DNA of 64,000 nucleotides from Epithemia pelagica (Eukaryota; Protista; Bacillariophyta): assembly GCA_946965045.2 (NCBI GenBank), contig OX337234.1:248001-312000 (forward strand), given 5' to 3'. A program made the position numbers and the translations under genes. Numbering within the stretch: the stretch's first letter is position 1; each line of letters starts with the position of its first letter. Below are positions 53,726-64,000 of this stretch, piece by piece. Under the pieces are notes generated by a model. That model was not told where the DNA came from, made no database searches, and saw nothing but the letters and a program-made list of their open reading frames with translations.

Positions 53726-56613
53726 ATGTTGCTCTCAGCCGCTTTACTTCTACTCCAGGCTGCCTGGAGTTTCGCGGAAGGTGATTCCGAAGTACCGACT
53801 TTTGCTGGCACACCTCCCATGTATAACTGTGAAGAGCTCAACCCCGATTTCCAAGTTCGTTGGAAGGTTCTGGATACGGTTGAAGACAATGATGAAATCG
53901 AGATTCAGCTTGTGGGACGCATCGATGATCTGGTCTACATGAGCTTTGGAGTAAGTGGCAATTCCTCCAGCGCACAAATGGTGGGCGGTGAAGTTGTTGT
54001 GGCCGATTATTTTGGTGGAGCTCCGCGTGTGCGTGATTTCCTAATGAATGCCAAAGGTCCGTGTTCGGTCGATGCCCTCTTGGGAGTTTGCCCGGAAGAG
54101 ACCCATTCTTTTCTGGTAGACTCTGTCAGTGGAGCTCAAGAAGGTGGTTTGACGATGCTAAGCTATGTGGCAACCGCCGGTAACCAAGGAGTTCTGAACA
54201 CTCAGCCTGGAGCCATGACATCCGTCATTTGGGCTTTGGGAACGGTAAACCCTGCTTCCGGAAGTCCATCGTACCATTCGATCGGTGCATCTCGAAGTTT
54301 GATCCAGTTTGAGTTTGGTCGCGAGCCTGAAGACAATTGTGCTCCCATAATCTCCAACACCACAAGACGAGATGACCGGTGACAGTGATAATAAGGAAGA
54401 AGAACAAGAAGAACAAGATGTTGTCAACCCGTTTTTTCGTCCAATCCTTACAGATGTCCTCGAGTTCCGCGCGAACCTCGGTCCGTTGGGTGGTGAACGC
54501 GGATACCATTCAAGTTCTGTCGACGACAACTATGCATGGTATATCAATGGTAAGTTTCTCGCACAACTTATGAAACCATTCACAAAGGGCATTAGACTCA
54601 CATCAATAATTTCTCAGAAATGTTGCTTCCGGTCATTGAGCTTCGCCGTGGTACCACCTATTCCTTCCTTGTCAATGGTGGTGACGTCCCTTCGGACTCT
54701 GCCAACGGATCGTTTCATCCTTTCTACCTCACAACCTCGAGCAGCGGCGGATACGCGCAAATGACACCCGAGCAGCGAGCAGAGGAAACCATCGTAGCTG
54801 GGATCCAAACGGTACAGTCCGCACAAGGAACTCCCGATTATGAAGCAACAGCGATCGGTCCACTATGCCGTTACGAAGAAACCGAAACGAGTCAAGAAGC
54901 TGTAGCAGGAGGTGAGTGCAAATTCTATGCCGTAGACCTTTGGACCACTGTGCATCACGAGTTCTTGAGATCATCTTTGCTTACCGCATGTCATTTATCT
55001 TAAACTTTTCACGAATGCACCAGGATTTCTCGAATACTTTGCTTCCTTGGACACATCCTGCGCGTCCATTGACAGTATCCTCAATGCTGCTGGAAGCCTT
55101 GTGTTTACACCCGATCAGGACACACCCGACCTGATCTACTATCAAAGTGTCACGAATCCCAACCTTGGATGGGAGATTCATGTGATTGATGCCGATGCTC
55201 CGTCCATTCTTACGGTGGACTGCGAAGGTTTGGCTTCCTCTCGGTTGGAGCTGACGAGTGAGTTGACGGTGCAATCAATAATCGATCCAACTCAAAACAC
55301 CATTAAAATGGAATTCGTACTGGACCGTTTGGCTTGGATGGCAATGGCCTTTACCAATGGACAACCTGGAATGGTGGGAGCCGAAGCCGTCATGGGATTT
55401 CCTACTGGGACTAATGACAACCCACCACCCGCCAAGTTCAGCATGACGGCCAAGACGGTAGATGGCGTCACCCCCATGGATCCGGCGAGACAGACACTCA
55501 TCAATCCCGCAATCACTCAAACGGAGACTCGGACCATCTTGAAGTTCACCAAGTATTTGTTTGAAGACGGAGAACATCCCATTTATTCCGACCGGACCAA
55601 CACCTTATTGTTTGCTCATGGATCCAGCAACGAAGCCGGTTTCCACATTTCGTACGGAAGCTTCGAGCTGTTGCCCAACCAATGTGCGGTTTATCTCAAG
55701 GGTGAACTCCAAAACGATTTTGCTCTCAACCAGCAAGGTATCGATGCTGGTGTAGATGAAGCTGACTTGAACCGCAACTTATGGGTCCTTCATGGCGCCT
55801 TTGCCTCCATTGCCTGGGGTATTCTCGTTCCTTTAGCCGTTGGGGCATCTATGATCCGAACGGTTCTGGTAAAGACACTGGGGCTGTCAGAGGGTGCATG
55901 GTTTCAGATTCATCGTGGATTGAATGGTGTGGCAGCACTTTTGACCTTGGCCGCTTTTTGGATTGGCGTCCGTGCTATTAATGAGGGCACTGTGGACAAC
56001 GCAGACCCTGACCACTTTACCAGTGACATTCCTCATCGTCGTATTGGTCTCGTCATTTTTCTCTTGACCATGGCGCAAGCAATTAATGGTATTCTTCGTC
56101 CCCACAACAAAGAGCATGGCTCCGAGGAGAAAGACACAAAGGAGGGATCGTCCGAGCTTTCCCGAACGATTCGGACCGATCCAGGAAACGCATCATCTCA
56201 CGGAGCAGCAAGTCGGCACATGGAAACGATTGAAATCGGAGAAGAACAGGAAAGCACCGAAAGTCCAACTCCAGTGGCTCATGAAGCAGACGAAAATGAA
56301 CCTGGTGCCGCTAACGGAGACAATAGTCTTGTGCGAACCGTTTGGTCTGTTTTTCATCGTCTTTTGGGTTTTGTGGTCTTGCTTGGTGACAGGTAAGATT
56401 GAACTGCTTTGAGATTCAGCGCGCCCTAAGTGTCTCTGAATCTGACGGTAATCACGCATCACTCTTTTCTTGTTTGTTCAGATTCAAGATGGTTTGGGAA
56501 TTTTTGCGACCCGATTCGACGAACCCAATCTGGATACAGTCTTTTGGATCGTGGTGTCTTGCATTGGAGGTTTGGTGGCTGTGGTCGCCATCCTTGGCCG
56601 TACAGTGCTCTAA
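53726..56613 (+). pseudogene. Tandem paralog of the DOMON-b561 gene with frame lesions; predicted introns 54550-54617, 54912-55023, 56393-56481
   Basis: Signal peptide, the same domains and the first two intron positions shared. Frameshift near 54360-54375 with no GT-AG rescue. Before the last intron, CTTGGTGACAG replaces the paralog's ..GCA TGG TGG CAG (frame loss plus TGG>TGA). Confidence 0.65.
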
Positions 56614-56791
56614 AAACGAGGTTGCGTTTTCGTCCTGTCCAGAATGAACAGAATAGGATCACGCGCTTCATCGGAACGGAAGAAAGGAATGCATGCATGC
56701 AGATACTCATATCCATATCTTTTTATATAAATATAACACGTAGTACCTCTGTATATCCATCATGCTGTCCCATGAGCGAAAACCGCCGATT

Positions 56792-59496
56792 TTAGAGTCG
56801 GGAGGCTGTGCCTGCCACGCCACGACGAGTCGTTTCCTTCTTGTTCTTGTTTGCATCTCCTCGATAGACACCAACGCCATCGACAATGAGTCGACGCAAG
56901 TGTTGTTGATAGCCGGGTCCCACGTCTCCATGAGTATTGAGGGGATCTCGTTGGGCCGTTTCCAAAATGGCGGGATAGACATTGCCATCGTACCGTCCCA
57001 AGGCACTCTTGAGTCGAAAATCGGAAAAATCACGGGCATCGACCAAGGCCACGGCATTGGGACGAATCACTTGCAGCATGTGCAAGACGGCGGCTCGGAT
57101 CCATTGCGATTGCTGGGCCGACATATAGCCGTCTTCTAAAAAGTCTCCCAATTCGGCTTCCATCCAATACAAGGCCAAGAGCCGGGCCAAATCACGAAGG
57201 ACAGCCGCTTCGGGTGCTCCCAAGACATTGGCCTCTTCTTCTTGTGCAATGCCTTGCCAAAAATCTTGCAACAACAAGAATTGTGCATAGGCCCGTGAAC
57301 AACGCGCCATTTGGACCAATCCCAAATTCCACGAGTCTTGCATCGTCTGGGATTCTTCCGTGGTTCGCGTGTGCAAGTCCCTGGCACATACGAGAAGCAA
57401 TCGAGCCGCTCGATGTCGAAAGGCTTGGAGCAATTGCGACATCTTGGTTTGCACGTCCGTCAGCGACGTACAACCAAACCGTTCCGTCGGTGCTTGACCC
57501 AAGAGCGCTTCCAGGGATGGTACGAGTGCATAGGATTGACAGGGTTTGTAATCCTCCAGTGTCTTGGTATCTTGGGTTTGAACGACGGTGACAAGTTTGA
57601 GCAAGACTTTGACCACTTGTTGGGGCAACATGTAATTGTCTCCTTCGACGGTAGGATTTTGCAAGTAGGTGGTAATGAGTTCGGGCAAGCCAGAACTGAC
57701 CAAAAAGCCATGTCCCCCACAGGCCTTGCGACAATCTTCCATACCATCGGCGGCCACGGTGGTGGTATAGGATTTGAGTGCCGACGACGAGGCATGAATG
57801 TCCGTGACTTGTTGCTTCGTCACGGGGCGTGTTTGTTCCACCAACCGTCGTTCAATATCTTGGAGGGTGGCCAACAAGTTGCGTCCGGCAAAAAAGAAAC
57901 AATACGACGCCGCCAATCGAGGAAAGAGTCGATGTTGTTGTTGCGTATAATCCAAAATTTGCACTTCGCCCGGACCGGTGGCATTGACAAATCCTTGTCG
58001 TCGCACAGCGGAATACCGAATGGCAATGGTACAGGCCATGGCGAGATTTTTGCCCGCTTCATTGGTAATGTAGGCCCGTACTTGCATCATGGTAATGTAC
58101 GCCACCTTGGCACTGGCATCGTCATTGCCTTGCTGTTTTTTGCGATACCGACCATGCTTGTCAACCGTGGCAAAGCGCATGGCCATGTTACGTCGCGGAA
58201 TAACCACCTTGTCAAAGCGACAATAGCCATTGTCCATGACATTGTATCCAATCTTGGGTCCAATGTCACCCGTTGTGACACTGATGCGTCCAGAACAACA
58301 AGGAACAAGAAAACGAAGAAGAACCAAACCATCCGCCGTGAAACCACACACACACCGTAAAGGAACCGAGAAAGCCACACACATACACATACAAAAACAA
58401 GAACAAGGACCAGATGCAAAGAACCAAGGACATGTGTAAGAGTGATGAGGAGAGAGTTTCGCAAGGGGGGCGAGGAATGGCACACTCCTGTTTTGTGTTG
58501 TTGCTTGTCTTGTGTGGTTGGTAGATACGTACCCTGGCAAGAGGGAATGATCCTGGAGGGATCGAAGGGGGACCAAAAAATTGTGAATGCCCCGAGGTTT
58601 GCCTTGTCCATCAATCAATTGGGCAATCACCATGGCATGATTGGCCGTTCGTCCCAAGGTACCGGGCCAAAATTTGGTACTGGTTATCGTCGGGGAATCA
58701 ATGACAAAGGTTCCATCCTTGCCATCTGGTACGAACGTGGCCGTCGTTTCCAAGGCGCGAATATTCGAACCCTATGATGACGTAAGAAACAACCAACAAA
58801 CCAAAACAAACAAAATGAGCATCGACGGAGATATCCTGCCCAACGAACCAAACCACTCTTGCTCCTCCTCCGCCAGACAACACAATTCTCCAACTCTCTC
58901 TCTCTCTATATATATATCGTAAATATTCTCTCTCTCTCACTCTCTTTTTCAATTATACACTCCCTTCATACAAACAAACAAGAATTGAACGAGATACTTA
59001 CATGTCCCAATTCGGTTTGCGCATAACAGCCAATCATTTTCCAATCGCGACAGAGTGGCAACCATTCCGCTTGTTGTTGTTCATCGGCCAAGGTTTGAAG
59101 ATTCGGGACAAACATGACCCAATGCAAGGAGGTTGGCAAATCATCCGCCACGGCTTGCAACAACCAGGGAAAATCTGCATGTTGCGTAATTTCACCACCA
59201 CACAAGTCCAACGATCGACACAATTCCACGAGCCGAACATGTTTGGCCAAACTCCGGACATGTCGTTCCGTCCGATGCAAATAGGGATTGTCCGTCGTGT
59301 CAAAGACGCCGGTCGGATCACGAGCAATCAAGGCTTCCAATTGACGTCGTCGACGCGTCAAGGAGGGAGATCCACCATCCAACAAATGGGTCAAACGATC
59401 CACCGAAAAGGTGGCTTGTTGACGTTCGCGCACCAAATCGGGGTTCATAGTACTGCTCGTGCTGCTAGTACTAGTCGTTGTGGTTGTGGTCTTCAT
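56792..59496 (-). CDS. ACOX: Peroxisomal acyl-CoA oxidase; predicted exons 59496-59002, 58771-58533, 58280-56792
   Basis: CYAQTELGH|GSNIRALETTA, KFWPG.LG..ANHA, GDIGPKIG..DNG, CGGHG and TVEGDN motifs; C-terminal SRL (PTS1). Splice sites GTAAGT/TAG and GTACGT/CAG restore the frame. Confidence 0.93.
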
Positions 59497-59933
59497 GGTG
59501 GTGCTGGTGGTTCGTCGTCCTTTGCTCTCTCTCTTTCCCTCTCCTCGATTGCGGAGGAGGATGATGTGTTATTGGTTGGCGAATTGTCGGATCTGGGGTT
59601 CGGACTTTGGATACGCCCAAGCGCGGAGAGAGTTTCGAGTCGGACGTAAAAACAAATCATTGACAGTTTTCTGACGCGGCGGGATTCAAAACCCACTCGG
59701 GCGTAATAATATGGAATGGATGTGTGGTCTCTCCGTAGTCCGTAGGAGGGGTTCGTAGTTCGTAGCTGGCGTTCAAATGTGTGGCTCTAATCAGAGCAGT
59801 TCAGTTTGGATACGGTGGATATTAGACAATAAGTCCTCGATTTAGAAGGAACAAGAGGAAGAAACAACGAACGAGCAAGGGACGGGATCACGAGGACGAC
59901 AAATGGAATGAATTGGAGGCGAGGTCAAGCTCC

Positions 59934-61370
59934 ATGACCAAGGACCGAGAACCACTCAAGGAACAACGTGAAAAGGTCAGGAGAACAAATGCCGCCAAAA
60001 AGCTTCGGCGTCGCAGACACCTGCAAAAAGTGGCTCAGGAGGAATTGGACAAGAATTCTAGCACCAACAAGCTTCCTGGGACTATCTACTATGATGATAA
60101 GAATAGGAGCGAGGAGGAGGAGCTGGAGCGGACACTTGGTTCTGAACTGCTTTATCAGAATGGCAGTGTCGTGATCGAAGGACTTTTTACAAAAGAGGAG
60201 GTGGCCCTTTTGTACTACGATGCACGAGACAACATCAGGACTAAAGACTACCTCGGTACTGCAGATGATACCACGGTGACAAGTGGTGGAGGAGCCAAGC
60301 TTTTTGAGATTCAGGATGAAGAAGGACACTTCCACCAATCTGTGAAGCCATTGATCGAGCGTGTGGAGACCAAACTAACTGAGATGCTGTACAGCAGGGC
60401 GTTTAGACAGAAGAGACAGTCTGTTGCCGTGCAGAAATTTTACCTTTGGAATGAAGGGGACTCATCTGCTGCCGAGTGGCTCCATGCCAATTCCATGTAC
60501 CGAAACAACTTAACGGCCATGGTTTGCCTCTCCTCTCCTGTCAGTCCTGCCACACGGGTGCTCCCGTACGATCGGCTGATGGGCGATCCGCTCATTGCTG
60601 TTCAAGGAGGAATGTCGCCACTACCTAGTGCTCTGAAAGAACGCTTCAAGTCTTTGTACACCATGAGCCAGTGTCCTTTTTTGTTGCGTGAAGTGTACAA
60701 CAATGTCATGAAGCCAGCCAAAAAGGATGGTTTCCAAGCTGGTGACGTGTTTGTGTTCTGTGGGGACCTGCTTCATGCGGATCCACCAGGCTCACCCAAG
60801 GAACCCCGGCTGTTTTTGCTTGTGACACTGGATGTGGGTCAATGTCACCAGGATGTGGATTTTCACAAGCGCCAAGTACATGCGGGTACTCTGATGGAGG
60901 CCATTCATGGGAGTGACAGCGCGGCAAAATTGGACGCGGTTGCCACACACTGTGCCGTGTTGGACGCCCCTGAAGCAGAAATTCAAACGCTTTACAATTG
61001 TTCCTGGTCCTTGGAGGAAGAAACAATGAAACCTGCTTCTACCAGGATGGGAAAGCCCAACACACGTGTAAGCAAGAGCAAGCGCAAGGCGGAGCATTTG
61101 ACGAAAACAGCATTTCCAAGCGTGAAAGATTTAGTGGCCAAGACTGAGGAAATCAAAAATGTCCTTACTTGTTCTGCTTCTGCTGCGGATAATGATGATG
61201 ATCAGAGTGCTGTGGACGATGCTACTGATGGTGATGATGATGCTGATGATGATGACGCTTATGATGATGCTTATGATGATGATGCTTATGATGATGATGA
61301 TGCTGTTGCTGCTGATGACTATGACAATGACAATGACGATGCTGTGACTGAGTATGACTTTGAGTGTTAA
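59934..61370 (+). CDS. Protein with a possible PhyH/2OG-Fe(II) dioxygenase-like fold and an Asp-rich tail
   Basis: Basic N-terminus; EWLHANS and GDVFVFCGDLLHAD..PRLFLLVTL resemble a jelly-roll His...His..Arg pattern; DDAY repeats at the C-terminus. The 5' end is uncertain. Confidence 0.5.
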   Translation: MTKDREPLKEQREKVRRTNAAKKLRRRRHLQKVAQEELDKNSSTNKLPGTIYYDDKNRSEEEELERTLGSELLYQNGSVVIEGLFTKEEVALLYYDARDNIRTKDYLGTADDTTVTSGGGAKLFEIQDEEGHFHQSVKPLIERVETKLTEMLYSRAFRQKRQSVAVQKFYLWNEGDSSAAEWLHANSMYRNNLTAMVCLSSPVSPATRVLPYDRLMGDPLIAVQGGMSPLPSALKERFKSLYTMSQCPFLLREVYNNVMKPAKKDGFQAGDVFVFCGDLLHADPPGSPKEPRLFLLVTLDVGQCHQDVDFHKRQVHAGTLMEAIHGSDSAAKLDAVATHCAVLDAPEAEIQTLYNCSWSLEEETMKPASTRMGKPNTRVSKSKRKAEHLTKTAFPSVKDLVAKTEEIKNVLTCSASAADNDDDQSAVDDATDGDDDADDDDAYDDAYDDDAYDDDDAVAADDYDNDNDDAVTEYDFEC

Positions 61371-61426
61371 GATTGAGACTGACGCCACTTTCTAATTTAT
61401 ATATTGCTCATTCTAAGAAATATGAA

Positions 61427-61914
61427 CATGTACCGAAACAACTGAACGGCCATGGTTTGCTGCTCCTCTCCTGGCTGTCCTGCCACACGGGTAATCCCGC
61501 CGTACGATTGACTGATGTGTTGCCGTTCAAAAGGAGGAACGTCGCCGTTACCCAGTGCTCTGAAAGAACACTTCGATTCTTTGTACACCATGAGCCATAA
61601 TGCTGGTTGGTTGTTGCATAAAGTGTACAACAAGGTCCTGAAGCCAGCCAAAGAGGATGGTTTCCAAGCGTGTGACAACAAGGTTTCCAAGCATGCAAGA
61701 TTTAGTGGCCAAGATTGAGGAGATCAAAAATGGCAGGCGTTTCCTTGGTGTTACGGCTTCTGCTGCCCCTGGTGCTACTCCTGCTGCGAATGATGATGAT
61801 GATAATGATGATGATCAGAGTGCTGTGGATGATGGTGATGATGAGATCGAGTATATAGAGACTGAGACTGACGAGACTTTCTAATTTCTCTAGATGTTGC
61901 TTATTCGAAAAATA
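61427..61914 (+). pseudogene. Internally deleted partial tandem copy of 60494-61422
   Basis: CATGTACCGAAACAACT.. matches 60494 onward; AAGATTTAGTGGCCAAGA..GATCAGAGTGCTGTGGA..GAGACTGACG matches 61126-61400. Confidence 0.8.
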
Positions 61915-62318
61915 TTTCATTGCTGAAAATAAAATATCGGATTCTGAAGAACTAAATCTCCTTACTTGCATGAAATAGTATGGACCTTTCTGCGACCGAT
62001 CGTCTTACACGATTCTGCTCCAGATAGATGCAGCGTGAAACTACCACAGACTCATTGAGATTTTTACTTCTTGACGTAGAGTAAATTGCAGATACCAGAA
62101 ACTATCAGACTTTTGCATGGCCGGCCCTCGCCAAAAGCTCTCTATCTCTTGGCGATGGCCATGCCCATATTGTGATTGATTGTCTCACTCATTCATCTCC
62201 TCCCGTTCTCGATCCCATCATCTCTCCTTATTGGATCTACTATTCTCGATTGCAAGAAGAAATCCTGTTCAGTCTGTTTGGTGCGCGCACAAGACAACAA
62301 CCACACTAAAACGAGAGT

Positions 62319-63387
62319 ATGCAGCAACCACAAGCACAACATGCCTCTGGAACAGGTGCCGCAACGCAGCATCCTGCTCCCCACAATTACCACTCCACCA
62401 CCACGACAACGGCAACGACAACACCGGCATTGAATTCCTCCGCGTCTCGATTTGCGGCTGCGGCAGCCGCACCGCCCGCAGCGCATTCCGTCTCGCCTCC
62501 TTCGCATGCCAGTACTACGACCACTGCCACTGCTGCGGTAAGTGTTTCCCATTATTTGGTGTGGTTTCACATCTTCCTGTTTGGTGTATCATGATGGAGA
62601 GCATTGATTGGATTGGAATTTCTGATTCGTTCGTTCTCGACGTCTCTTTTTGGTTCTTCTCTTGTTTGAAATCTACCCTCTGCAGCAATCGCACAACCAC
62701 AACAACTTTTCTGCCGCATCTTCTCCCGATGCTGCTGCTCCAGCCGTCAGCAAAAAGGAAGAATTTCGTCGCTTTTTGGAAAAGACGGGTGTTTTAGATG
62801 CCTTGACCAAAGTGTTGGTCGGGTTGTACGAAGAACCGGAACGACCGGCCAATGCCGTCGATTATGTGCGACGCTATTTGGGACCCGCCGCCGCAACAAC
62901 CAATACTACTAGTACCAACCACAACCACACCAATACGAATACAAGCTTGGCCACTTCCTTGGCAACCGCCGCTGCCGCCACGTCCGCTGCCTCGACAACC
63001 ACCACTGCTACGCCAGCCACCACCACCACAACGACCAATGTCGATGTGGTGGGTTTGCAACGAGAAAATGAAGAATTAAAGGCCCGATTGGAACGACTCA
63101 AACAACAATTGTACGAACGGAATACGAATACTTCAGCTGCAGCGGCTGCGACGAGTAGTGCGAATCCCTCAACCACCACCAATCCTACCAACAACGCCAA
63201 CAACAACAATAATCTTCCGTCTCCCTCCTATCGACATCAAGCGGCCAAGGGAGGAGGTGGCCATTCTCATGGGCATCACCATCATCATAACCACCATCAT
63301 CACAATCGTCACAAACAGCAGCAGCAGACACAAGCTACCAAACAAGCAGCCTCGTCGTCGTCGTTGAAGTCTTCTTCCAGACAATAA
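62319..63387 (+). CDS. MYCBP: c-Myc-binding protein (MYCBP/AMY-1) homolog with low-complexity extensions; predicted intron 62538-62685
   Basis: SKKEEFRRFLEKTGVLDALTKVLVGLYEEPERPANAVDYVRRYLG followed by the coiled coil LQRENEELKARL; phase-0 GTAAGT...TGCAG intron. Confidence 0.8.
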
Positions 63388-63707
63388 CACCACCACAATG
63401 TTCAACGAAAGGGGTCTTTGTGTATCATACCTACTACAAAATACAGTGTGTATTCTAGAATTTATAAATCAAGAGCTTTATCACGAGTCGTCGTCTTTTT
63501 CCAACAAACAGCGCATTCTCGTTTATGGTCGCATCATCATGAGCGCTTTTCTTCCTTTGAACTGTGGAGTCTCGTTCTATACTTTGTGGACCTTCTTTGT
63601 TGCGAAAAGAATCCTCTTGACCATCTCGCTCATGTTTAGACAAGTTGAAGACCTTGAGAGGTTTTAGACACATGGACAGAGACTGTTGGAGCACATGGAC
63701 ATGGAAA

Positions 63708-64000
63708 CTAATTGCCATTTGCCTTCCGCTTCTTGTAGGGGTTGACCTTGTCCAACAGGGGCTTGGACTTTTTCGTGATTGAAATTTCTGGCCCCGCCCG
63801 TGTCCACAGGTCGTCAAGCTCTGCCAAAAGGCCCGATGTGTCATAGTCTGGACCAAGAAGCACACCGTGTTTCGTATGACGGAGGCGGGATGCATAGGTG
63901 TAGTTGTACGACCCAATCATGGTTCCAGCAGTGGTCACCATGACGTTCGAATGAGAATACTTGGAGGAATGGCCGACCGCCTCATCTCGACCATATCTCT
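63708..64000 (-). CDS. 3' end of a gene with a phospholipase D-like (PLDc) motif, truncated by the window edge
   Basis: The frame is open to the window end: YSHSNVMVTTAGTMIGSYNYT resembles HxK-x4-D-x6-GSxN, but with H-S-N. Confidence 0.4.
   Translation of the reverse strand, partial: RYGRDEAVGHSSKYSHSNVMVTTAGTMIGSYNYTYASRLRHTKHGVLLGPDYDTSGLLAELDDLWTRAGPEISITKKSKPLLDKVNPYKKRKANGN

Noticed and set aside
57311-58360. 349-aa plus-strand ORF (and likewise 49893-50954 on the minus strand)
   Set aside because: These are antisense shadows of acyl-CoA oxidase and the DOMON gene, with no motifs of their own.
48779-58940. Short (CT)n, (TA)n and (CAA)n runs, e.g. near 48780, 49900, 50480 and 58900
   Set aside because: Ordinary microsatellites in introns, UTRs or poly-Q coding tracts.

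Overview
Eukaryotic, intron-containing DNA, most likely from a diatom (inferred from the CoDi-type Ty1/copia element, short GT-AG introns and GKGGKG/RxL-type secreted proteins). (1) <1-5.33 kb: a 5'-truncated, spliced ORF whose motifs line up in order with the RAG1/Transib catalytic core. It faces a convergent 629-aa gene of unknown function, followed by a candidate CAC-type end; the layout recalls ProtoRAG. (2) 5.34-21.49 kb: four near-identical, intact head-to-tail copies (4105-bp period) of a 1110-aa zinc-finger/DDE transposase-like gene, joined by three 260-bp spacers that each end in an inverted repeat. (3) 22-48 kb: a ~10-kb block present twice, holding six Kelch-propeller paralogs with hypervariable, apparently shuffled loops plus small secreted Gly/Lys-rich genes. 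A young intact Ty1/copia element (38680-45119) interrupts the second block; it has a 6-bp TSD, a non-canonical PBS matching the initiator-tRNA D-arm, and gag/pol in one frame split by TGA-CGG. (4) 48.9-64 kb: host genes, namely two tandem DOMON-cytochrome b561 genes (the second disrupted), peroxisomal acyl-CoA oxidase, a possible dioxygenase-fold gene with a partial tandem copy, a MYCBP homolog and the 3' end of a PLD-like gene. No rRNA, tRNA or CRISPR array was seen. All family assignments come from motif recognition by eye, not database searches.
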